NCBI GenBank assembly: GCA_000708835.1
Contig: DF237024.1
Span: 1-64,000, forward strand
Origin: Klebsormidium nitens
Lineage: Eukaryota; Plantae; Klebsormidiophyceae
DNA length: 64,000 bases
Direction: 5' to 3'
The position numbers were made by a program, and so were the translations under genes. Shown here piece after piece: positions 52,001 to 63,100 of the stretch (position 1 is its first letter; every line of letters starts with the position of its first letter). Below the pieces are notes generated by a model that ran no database searches, was not told the DNA's origin, and saw nothing but the letters and a program-made list of their open reading frames with translations.

Positions 52001-55000
52001 GAGAGCGGCAGCACGGGGGAACCCCAAAAGCTTCCGGCGACCCAGGAGGCCTTCGAGCGCGGCTCGTGCGACGAGTTCACTCTCGACGCTGCTGACGTGG
52101 GCAGTGTGAAAACCCTCCGCATCGGACATAACAACACCGGGCCCTCCCCGGCCTGGCACCTCGACCGGGCGGAGCTGGAAGTTTTAGACTTCCCCGGGCA
52201 GGGCGGGAAGCCTAGAAAGTACCTCTTTCCGTGCGGGAAGTGGTTCGACGCGCAGAGGGGGGACCGCCTGACGCAGCGCGACCTTTCCGCGGTGGACTTT
52301 AACACCAACTCCCGGGGTGTTTACACCGTCACGTGCCATACGAGCGATCTCCCGGGCGCAGGAACCGACGCAGGGGTGGGTGTGATTTTGACCGGGGAGA
52401 AGGGCATAAGCGGGCCGCATAAGCTGGAGGCAAACGGGGCTCTGGAGGCGGCGTTTGAGAGGGGAAGGGTGGATAAGTTCAAGCTGCCGGAGTGCGAGGC
52501 GCTCGGGAAACTGATCAGCATCAGGATCGGCCACGACGGTAAGATTTCCAGCTCTCGTTAGATGTTCAGACCTAATTCAATTGCGGCGGTTGTACGATTG
52601 CAAACCTCGGCAGCCGCCTTTTGAAGCGAAGCAGTTCTGTAGTTGGCTTTATCGGTTTGGAGGTATCCAACCACAGGAAACGTAGGCCAGCTGAACACGT
52701 AGGAGTCTGCTGCGGAACATTCTTAGAAGCTCATGCTCATGCTAGCAAGCTTGAAAGATAACGGCAGAATTGAAAGAAATCAAATTCGTTGCCAACACAG
52801 GCTGCACAACGGGAGCGAGACTTTGCACTATTGCCTGCAACACATACGAAAGGTTGCTGAGACGTTGCGCTCCTTTCTGCTGCAGGCAGGGGCACCCATC
52901 CGGCCTGGCATCTGGACTTCGTCGAAGTCCACGAGAGCGCGTCAAACCAAACCTGGTACTTTCCCTGTAACCAGTGGATCGACGAAGCCTGCCGCCTGAC
53001 TGCTCCGCCTTCCGCCGGCGCTAACCCGGCTCTTAACCGGGAACTGCTCGCGAGCGCGCGCGACCCGCGGCTCGACCGGCGGGTTTACTCGCTAACCACG
53101 TTCACGACCGACCTCAAAGCGGCGGACACCGACGCAAACGTGACGGCGACTCTGTACGGCGAGAAGGGTAACTCCGGGGTTATAAAACTGGTTAGCCCTA
53201 GCCTGAAAAGCGCGTTTCAGCGCGGGCAAAAGGATACGTTCAGCGTGACGTGTCAGGATTTGGGCGAAGTGACCAAGATTCGCATCGGGCACGATAACAC
53301 GGGGCAGTCGCCTAATTGGCACTTAACCGAGGCGCGGTTAAGCGAACCCGGTTCAGGTAAGGCGTGGGTGTTCCCGTGCGGACAGTGGTTTGACGCGGAC
53401 GACGGAGACCGGCAGATCGTCCGGGAGCTGTTCGCGCGCCCGGCGGACTGCTCTAACTACACGGTAACCGTGTACACGTCAAACATCGAGGGGGCAGGTG
53501 AGAAGCGAACAACTTTTGGTGCATTGCTCTGCCTTATGACCCGATTTTTCACCATTTGCGCAAACCCGCTTTTTTTCGCGACTAAGGCTCACCTTCCATA
53601 CCAGTGGGCTCCTCTTGAGAATCTGTTTGACGTTTCGTAAGTAAACTCTTAATTGGCGAGTTGAGAACGGGCGATTATTTCGGGCGTTTTAAAAAGACGG
53701 GTTCTTACAAGTGGATTAGAAAGGGAGACCGGACGTCATTACTTCAAATCTTGAGATGGGCTCGACTCTTACGGCAGAACAAAGAAGTATACAGCTCAAA
53801 GATTGCAGAAGCGTTTCCTGTCATATAACTAGGGCTCAGTAATTCGAAGGGCATATCCAGAAGGAGCTCTCTCGAAGGAAGCGGGACGAAGGTACGGGGC
53901 AGATCGATGACAGTCTGTGGTAATTGTTTCTATGAGTGTAGCCGTCAGGAAGAATAGGACGAGTAGAGATAAGATTCGATTGACCAAAGAAAGAGCAATC
54001 AAGCAGACCGGATCAGGAGATAACGTTATGAATCGCGGATGATATCGGAGGAGACCTACCGCCCATTGTTCCCTTTTCGTCTCTCAACCACCATTGATCG
54101 CACTCTTTCCGGATCCTTCCAAACAAAAGCTTTTTCCTGGACGCAGGCACGGACGCCCACGTCAGCATGACGCTGTTCGGCGAGAAGGGCGACACGAAGA
54201 AGCTGCGGCTGCCCGCGAAGCGCCACGGGCTCGAGCGCGGCGGGATCGACACGTTCCAGCTGTCCGCGAAAGACGTGGGCAAGATTTGGACGCTCCGGAT
54301 CGGACACGACAACCGCGGATCGCGGCCGGCGTGGCACGTGGACCGCGTCCAGGTCGTCGTGGAGGGCGACACGTGCGGCATTCACTACTTCCCGGTGGAC
54401 CAGTGGTTTGACGCTAACCGGGGAGATGGGTTGGTGGAGAGGGAGATCCCGGCGCAGTTAACCGAGCCGAAGAAGCGGGTTAAGTACACGGTTAGGGCTT
54501 ATACAAGCGACATTGACCAGGCGGACGCAGACGGGGAGGTGAGCGTGGTTCTGAAAGAAAAGAATGGAACCGAGAGCGGGCCGCATAAGCTATCAAGCTG
54601 CGACATAAGCTATTTCCAGCGGGGGGCCGAGGACGTCTTCCTGATAAGCTGCTCGTCGAAGCTGAGCGACCTGGCCTCGCTGCTGGTCCTCTTCGACGGT
54701 AAAACATCGAAGTCGAAGTGGCACTTAGAATTGGTCTCGTTGGAAGAAGACGCGACCGGTAGGAAGTGGTTCTTCCCTTGTGGGCAGTGGATCGGAGCGG
54801 TACGTACCGGGCAGAAGCTAGAGCTGGGCGCGGTGGATATCGACCCTCGCTTAGAGAAGCACCGGTACAAGTTCGAGATGGCGACCAGTAACGTCGAGGG
54901 CGCGGGAACGGATGGTGACGTCTTCGTGACGTTGGTCGGGGAGAGGGGCCAAGGGAGGGAGCACGTCCTGGAGTCTGCAGGTGAGAACGAAAGACGAAAT

Positions 55001-58000
55001 GCTTTTATGAACAGAATCTGCAAGCGCAATCTCGACTTTAGGCTTCATTGCGCCTCAAGTACTAGGAAAGTGAAATGTCTCTTGCCCAGTCCTCGTTGTT
55101 CTGATCCGAACCACTCTCCGAGTCAGATGGTTACGAGATGGTCGTAAAACTCCGTGTCTTGAACCAGGCAAGACGATGATCAATCATATCCAGGTAAGAA
55201 TCTCCTGGCCATGTCAAAACTCTCGCATTTGCTCCGGTCTAACCAAGATTAGAATTTACCACTAGCAATCTCCGCCTGAAAAATGTTTAGGTTTTGTCAA
55301 CTTAAACGCCGATCCCGGTTGAGTAGCCCGTAGCCGACGGTCCGTCAACTGATCCACTGATGAATATTGAAAACCAGGCTGCTCTCGTCTCCCGCTCATC
55401 ATACTCTTTTCAGACTGAGATGCCTTTCGACTCTTGCAGACGACGACTTTAGCCGTGGCAAGGAAGACACCTTCTTCGTGACCGACCGCAATCTGGGGCG
55501 CCTCCAAACGCTCCGCATCGCCCACAACGGCGACGAGGGCTGGCACCTCGCGCGCGCGCGCGTCACCAACCTCGACACCGACGCGCGCGCGACCTTTGTC
55601 TGCAACAACTGGATCGAAAACGGCGACCCGGAGCAGCGGACGGAGCGCGAGCTCGTCGCCGCGGACGAGAAGGAGCTGGCGCGGGCGCGCGAGACGTATC
55701 TGGTGCGGATTTACACCAGCGACCGGGGAAACGCGGGGACGGACGCGACGGTGTCGTTTGTTGTGTACGGGGAGGGCGGAGAGAGCGCCGAGCAGCGGCT
55801 GCCAGGTGGGCGGCTCGAATTCATTCGCCTCATATTCGGTCATTTGTCGTTTAGTGCCTCCGTGTTGGTTGAAAACGTTGCAATTCTGCGAAGTGTTGGT
55901 TCAATCAGTTTCAACATTCAGGACGTATCTGAAGCCCAGACGGCGAATTAACAAGTGGAAAGAAGCTCCACAATGGCGGTTTATGCTATTTTCACCTTTA
56001 AGTGAGAATAGCATTCAGGCCCGTGTGCGTATACTTGGAGGAACTCAAGAAGTGCGGTGTGGACAATCGGGTTCCTGAACGAATTTTTGGCCTTCAATCC
56101 CGTATTCATCTTTACCATTCGACATGTGTGCCCACTTCAAAGATGGGCCTGAATTTGGCCGAATGCCTGAGCGTGCATAAGAGACACGAACAGGTCACGA
56201 GAAAATGAGTCTTCATTACCGGTTTTCTTAAACTTCCAGGTTCGCGGGGTCGGTTCGCCCGGGGCGCCAAGACTGAGCACACGTTCGAGTGCGAGGATCT
56301 CGGAGCGCTTGAGCGGCTGCGGGTGTGGCACGATAACAAGGGCTTCGGGGCAGGCTGGCACCTGGCGCACATCATCGTCACAGCAGGTGAGTCGGGCTGA
56401 CGTCATACCTACGTTGGCTGGCTGTCGGAAACTCGTGCTTGGAGGGAGCTCTCCTTCGTTCGTTTCCTGTCATCAATCTTAATGCTCCGTCACTTTCTTG
56501 CTGTCGTTTCGCCTTTTCGTTTGCGTCGCAACGAGAAAGTTTTGGTATCAGAGACATGAGCCGTCGCATCAAAAAAGAGAAGGGCCAACACAATGACGTA
56601 AGCAACTGAAGGGCCTGGGATACCATATGCAACAATCCCCAAGAGGATTTTCAGACGTCATTACTCAGAACGTGATCCCGCCACGACAATCCGAACCCAA
56701 TTCCTGGCACGGAGTAATTCTTTTGATGCATTCAAGGGGGACAAGCGCGGGTATAAGTTCACGAGATATGCAGTCGAAAATCTGAGCAAAAAACCCGCTT
56801 TCTCATACATCAGACTCCAAATCCTAAACCCTGGCGAAGCGCAGGCGGCGGCGCGGGCGTGTAGTACCTGTTCAAGTGCAATTGGGTGCCTTTACATGCG
56901 CTTGAGAACATTTTGAAAGAGAAATGGTTGAGGAATCCGACTACGATACCGTTTCCCCCAACAAATTTCTAACATAAATTCTGGAACTCGCAGGCGGCGG
57001 CTCGGGAGCGGAGTACCTGTTCAAGTGCAACCGGTGGCTGGACAAGCGCGAGGACGACCACCGCATTGAGCGGGAACTCTTTGTAGAGAAGCCGGCCCCG
57101 CCGGCGCCGCCGGAAATCCCGGAGCCCAGCCGGACCGTTTCGTTTAACCGCACGAGCTCCGCGCTGTCGCAGCAGGTCGGGTCACCCCGGCAACGGGAAC
57201 GAAAAGGTAGGAGCGGAACTACTGGCTAGCCTTTTCGTTTTTGCCCTGCCCCGTTTGCTGACGTTACCTTACCGTCTTTCATCTCTGAGTTTGTCTTCTG
57301 CTTGTTAAAACTCTCGGTTCCTGACCCTCATAAACGATGGGTGGCTTGGTTGAGAGGTCATCGAAGGTCCTCCCGGCTATTCTGGGTTCCTTTGAAAATG
57401 CTTTCAACGAAACCCAAGAGCGCTCTTGGTTCCCACTTCTGAGACCGTTGCTATTCTCCCTTGAAATTCTCATCTTACCTTGAAAGGGGTGAAGTAACGC
57501 TTCACATTTGTGTTTATTCCCTATATTAGACCCGTTGCTAAACCTCCCCGTGAAACACGGAACTGACGAAGGATAACAGAAAACCAAGATAACAATAAGC
57601 CCCAACTAACACTAAAACCCCCTACCCACGTTCACCACTAAATTGACTCTACCCGTCCCAGTACGGTTACCTTATCACTATCTCGACTTTTTACCATTTT
57701 TCTCGAGGTTGATCCGTAAAACCCTCCTCGCAGAGGTGGAGTACCGCTTCACCACCATGACCGGCGCGCGCATGTTCGCGGGCACTAACGCGCGCGTGTA
57801 CGCGAGCCTGTTCGGCGACATGGGCAACTCCGGACCGTCCAACTTCGTCCAAAACCCGCAAAGTTTTCAGCGCGGCTGCCGCGACACGTTCGTCGTGCGG
57901 ACGCTGGACGTCGGCTTCGTGAAGGCGCTACGGTAAGGAACGACGCAATTGAGATGTAAGTTATGTACGTTCACAGTTGGTTGGTGTTATAGTGTGCGAA

Positions 58001-58632
58001 GAAACGTGGGCTTTCGAGTAGTCCCGAATCTGCAACTTTCTAGCACCATCGGGACGGGTGTTTCAAGACTTCGTTGCACGAAAGGGGCAGTGAGCTTCCA
58101 TGGGAGTAACAACGCCTCTGAAGTTCTGCTACCGAGATACAAGTGTGATTACGATGTTAAGTTTACCGGGTCTTTGACCGTCTCGCTTTGCGTCCGCAGC
58201 TACCGTGGTAACCTTCAGGCGCTTGATAAATCTTTGTCCTTACGACATTTAACCGCAGCCAGATTCCTTCTCCGGAAGCCCCAATCCGGCACTTCGCAAC
58301 GATTCGTGCGGGGCAATCTCATTTCCCCCGAGACTGCGTCTCCTAGCTGACGTCACTTTTTCCGTCACCCTTCCAGGCTGGGCCACGACGGCAGCGGCTT
58401 CTTTCCCGGCTGGTTCTGCGAGTCCGTCGACGTCCAAAACGTGACGTCAGGCCAGCAGTGGCACTTCGAGTGCCGGATGTGGCTGGACAAGCGGCGAGGA
58501 GACGGGCGAATTGAGCGGGATCTGCTGCCGTCAGCGATCCCCGGGAAGACGACTTCAGCCGTCCGATCGCCGACATCGACGGTTGCGCCGGCAACGATGG
58601 CGCACGCGCAGAGCGCGACAGGGAGGCGGTAA
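43036..58632 (+). CDS. Giant PH domain / coiled coil / 17x PLAT (LH2) repeat protein, LOXHD1-like repeat region, ~2,600 aa
   Basis: Exons 43036-43140, 44287-44507, 45382-45613, 46114-46667, 47534-50165, 50578-~50800, ~51259-52538, ~52886-53498, 54147-54980, 55440-~55807, 56240-~56386, 56994-~57207, ~57734-57931, ~58378-58632. PH motifs CGYLLKLYGKG...WRKKWFYL and AQRWVEAL. Seventeen YxVxxxTSDxxGAGTDA...F.RG..D.F...IGHD..G..P.W.L..V...FPC..WL units counted by eye. Confidence 0.88.
43833..44286 (+). repeat. Three decaying upstream copies of acceptor + PH exon start
   Basis: aaacag|gacggc... units at 43839, 43960 and 44130 versus the real exon at 44287; the spacer sequences between them are also related. 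Confidence 0.8.
45225..45295 (+). repeat. Copy of PH exon-3 start flanked by its own AG and GTAAGA (candidate 47-nt exon 45243-45289)
   Basis: 44/47 nt identical to 45382-45428; offset 139 nt. Confidence 0.85.
47885..48008 (+). repeat. In-frame 54-nt tandem repeat (ATGxDSPRQxDG...E, ~2.3 copies) in a PLAT-2 loop
   Basis: Protein reads ATGRDSPRQKDGAKRSLE ATGSDSPRQRDGGNKGIE ATGRK. Confidence 0.75.
56841..56886 (+). repeat. Echo of acceptor + exon start (real exon at 56994), containing TAG
   Basis: gcag|gcggcggcgcgggcgtgTAGtacctgttcaagtgcaa versus gcag|gcggcggctcgggagcgGAGtacctgttcaagtgcaa; offset 149 nt. Confidence 0.85.
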
Positions 58633-60168
58633 TCTACGTTGAATTTAGAAATGAATACAACTTGGAGCTGTGACTGGCAGTGATAATAAATATTGTCAGA
58701 CAACAAGAACTTGGTGTAGCTCGAGTAAGAAAGAAACGGTCTGTATAATATAGAATAACAGCTAAGGAAAGCTGCATCGCATCAGTGTGCCTGCCCAGCT
58801 ATGTGCCTTCCGACCTTGGAGAGCGCCTCCGACCGTGTCCACCATGCGCTCTTGAGGTCATCACAAAGCATAATTATGGTCGCAACACTTTCAAAAGACA
58901 GCCCCCCCAAGCATCACAAGATTGGCTTACGTATACGTGTTACACACTTAAGAAAACACGTCAATGGGCGTGCACCGTATGATTAAACCATGTACGTACG
59001 CGAGCTGGCGGGTGTTGCAAAGCCTGTAAATGAATCATATAACCTCTTGCTGCGCACGATTGGCACGTACTAGTTTCGGACGGCAGATTGCACAAATGAT
59101 GATCCTGACGGCACGGATGTATACGTTGAGTCCATGACGTTCACCATCACATGGGCTGATATCATATTTCAAAGTGCGGCAATGCCTTGATCGAACACCG
59201 GGCCCGTGCGCGTCTGGATCTGGAAGTCCGACGATAGTGATCGCCGTTTTGTCATAGTTGACATTGAAGTTATGCAATGATGAAATATTGTCCGATCTAT
59301 ACCGTACTCGTTTTAACTGGATGCAAGGCTCCAGAATTCAACCAGCTTCTGAGGCCGGGTGTTCAACTCCACTGAGTGATTGCAGTATAGCGGAAAGAAA
59401 ACTCTCTATTCAAAACCGAGCATCCGGTGTTTCTTTGCGCAATGTTTTTTCAACATCAAACCAAAATGCGACCTGTGGGGTCTAATGCTTGCGCAGAATT
59501 AAGGGCGTTCTTACGCGGACCCTACGTATATGCTGTCTACAATTTATCGTCTCGGATCACACCTTGCTGTGCATCGAACTCTCAACTTTGCACTTTTGAT
59601 CGACTCAAGGCTCAGCCTGTATTCTTTCACCTTTCCGTGCTCATGGGCATCTAACGAATGAACAAAGGAGCGAACTATCGACTGATCGTTCGGTGACGAC
59701 GCACTATGTACAACATCAACTCCAGCTACGCACGGATGTGCGCTTGAGAAACTCTTTTACAGACAAAAGTTGTGTTCCCAAATGGCAAACCACCCCAGAT
59801 GCAAACCGTTGCAGCAACCCTTGAAGTGCTCTCTCAGCTCTTGATTTCTGCGAGGGAAACTCGATCACTTCCTGCAAAACCAAAGGCCTCGTGTAAACAT
59901 TCATTTTAGAGCGAGAAAACGCACGAATCCGATCAGAACGAAGACTCAGGCCCGTGGAATCAGTACGGCGCGCTTCTAGATCTAACCTGGTTGTTTCACT
60001 TAGTGAAGCAACGACTAAAGCGGAGTCCAGTTCAGAGTAAGTGACATGCATCAGTTTTCGCAGTCAAATAAAGCGCTATTGCCTCGGCACACTCCCTCAA
60101 CTCTCAAACCCCTGAATCCTGAAAGCCTGATACCCTGGACAAACTAGATGCTTACCGCTCACCTCGAC

Positions 60169-63100
60169 TCAAGGCCCCGCCACGCCCTCCAGGTACTTTG
60201 TGACCACGTCAGCCCCGATCGCCGCCTTGACACGTGGCATCGTGGCGGGCGCGTCCAGCTGGAAGAAGGGCGCGTCCGGCCCCAGGACGTCCGTCCGCAC
60301 GGCGGTGATAGCCTGGCGGAGTGCGGAATGAACGGAACACGCCAGCTGCAGGGGGGGCTCCCCCGAAGCTGCACCAGAAAGTAATCTGGAATAAGAAAGG
60401 ACAGAAGCAGACGAAAAGAAGCAAAATGGAAAATGGCTGGCGGTGTGCGAGGTACAAGATAGTAGCTGCTCCGAGACTACGCCAGCCCGCTCCGTTGCGT
60501 TTTAAGTTCACTGAGATCATCGGAAAAAGCTTCAACTCTTTGGCTCTGTCCAGAAAAAGCCACAATCTTGAAGCTGACTTCAACATCAACAAACTTTTAG
60601 ACATCAGACTTTCAAAAATCAAATCTACGACCCGAAAGTCGCGTAGGATGAGGTCTGCGGAGGAAATCTTGTGCACCCAGGGGCCATCCGAGCATCTGAA
60701 GGGCCTCAAAGTACAAACACATGTTGACAGCAACAATTGATTCCAGACCAAAAGAGCTCACCTTTGGAGCCGCGAATGCCCTCGTCGTTTGAAGCATTCC
60801 CGAGCAGCTCGACCCGGAAGTCGCGCAAGATGGAATCCGCGGACAGAATCTTGTACGTCCAGATGCCGTCCGAAAACCTCAAGAAACTCTGATTACAACT
60901 GCAAACCGACTTCAAGAACCTTGTTTGAGACTTTGAAACCCCACCTTTGGATCCCAGGATGCCCTTGTCATTGGACGCGTTCCCTAACAGCTCGACCCGG
61001 AAGTCCCGGGGGATGGAGTCCGCAGAGGGAATCTTGTACGTCCAGGTGCCGTCCGACAGGCACGCGCCGTCCGCGTCCACGACCACTTCCTCGCTCGTGA
61101 AGAAGCCCATGCCCTGAACGAAGGCGCCCTCGATCTGCAAAGAAGAGAGGATCAGAATGACGTTTCGATTATGAAAGAAATTACGGGTTTTCAATTTCTT
61201 AAAGATGTGGCTTCCAAGCTGTGCGGAACATGGGGTTATTTTGCCGCTCGAATGAACACGCCGTTCGAACGAAGGACACCTTTCTCGCTAGTACACTTTC
61301 TTGCTTAGATGTATCACATCTCATGTCTCTGAGCTGGGTTCTATACCGAGTCAGGTCCGCAACAGGCAGAATGGTTGGGCCGTCGATCACGCCAGCGAAA
61401 GGGTCAACCATAGGTGACTGTTTGAGTTTCACAATAAGCTCAGAGTTCGAGCGATATATGCGCATCACCAGTTTGACGCAACCCTTCATAGCACTCTTCA
61501 CCATCAGGAATCCAGCCGTTGAAGGACCTCTTAAACAAGAAACACGGGGACCTCCAGAAAAGAGACACGGGACGCTTCCCACTTTGCAACATTGGAGGCG
61601 CTAACCAACAAACCTTTGTGAATGCATCCTCGAGCGGCAATTTGAGTGAAAAAGGAAGAAGCACCAGCCTGACTACAGCCGCTACTTTTCAGGGTGTTGG
61701 CGGGAAATGGGCACTGCCAGTAACGATCGTAACGAGGTTGACTTGCGGGTTCCCATGCTGAAAAAGTTTGCAAAGATCTGCATACGAAGTGGCGGCGTTT
61801 GAGCTCTGTCCTGCGCACCTGGCCAATATCAACTGCCGGATTTAGGCTCTTGCCCGCATCGAAGAGGATGTCCGTTCGGACGGTGGTGTGCGCCCCAGTT
61901 AGGACGTCCAACTCGACCTGCAAAAACAAACAAGTTTTGGAGCTAACCCTAATAAGCTCTTGAGGTCATTTCTGATGAACGCCTGGCAGTGAGCCTTGGG
62001 TTGCCGAAAGGCAACAAGTGAGTTGCCGACAGGCCGAGGCTCAGCACTGATTTAGTTCGAACAGCACACGTAAGGTTTTCGATCTATGCTATTGATGGTG
62101 TTGTGAGTTTTCTTAGATGCGACCGGTGCTGGCGAGCTTGTTTGTGAAGCTCAGAGGCAAAGCCAAGCAAGAAGTCAGAACGTCTGCCGCTTTGCGAAAG
62201 GCAACATTCTTTTCAAGCGTCAAACACAAGCCTTCGATCCTACACGATACGACCAGACTTTCCGGATGGAAAATTTGGTAGACCCCTGTCGGGCCTGTCC
62301 AATCAGGTGTACTCCAAAGGGGATGCTGGCGGAGTATAGCTTTCGTGACGACCGGCAAAGAGCCACCACGTCGATCCTTGCTGCTAAAAGAATGCCTCTT
62401 TTAACTGATAGCGAATTGAGGCATGTCCGCAATGTTCGAAAAGTGAACAGTGTTTGAGGAGCGTACCTCGGACACTGCCGCCCCAAAGACAAAGTACTGG
62501 ATCGGCTTCTGGTCTTCCGTCTGTCCGTTGAAGAGGACCTCCGCGGAAAGATGGACGCCAGACATGGAAGCCTGCGCGACAAACACGGGGCGGAGCTTTA
62601 GGGGCCATGTTTTGGCTCCGTGGCAAAGAAAGACACGACATTAGCAGGACTTCGCAATAGTGCGGCGCCGTCCCGATTGTCTCATCAAAACTCCTGACTT
62701 GAGCCCTGTCTGTCGGGCGTTTGATTGCCGTTGTCATCCATTACTAGACGTGTGATTGTCACCTTCCTACCTCTGCACTCCAAACCAGCACGGCTCGAAT
62801 GCGCGACCAGTTTCGAGAACCTCCAAGCCCCAGAATGGAACAAAGTACGCCAACCCTTCAAACCCCGCAAGCCCCCAAAACCCTAGTAACCCAGAACCTC
62901 ACCTTTCCAATGACCTGCTCCCACTTGACGGGCTTCCCGTCCGCCGACTCCTTCACCACGTCGAGCGACGGCTTCAGCCGTTTCGTGAGATCCGCGCAGC
63001 AACGCCGCACTGCCTCACAGGCCGCCTCGCTTGCGGTGCTGCCAGCTGTCACTGACGCGTTCACCACGCCCTGTAAACGTCACGTTTTAAGGTGATGTCA

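Noticed and set aside
2269-58360. Recurrent (c)tgacgtca palindromes resembling CRE/bZIP sites
   Set aside because: Most lie 15-35 nt upstream of acceptors and are explained by the CTGAC branch-point consensus.
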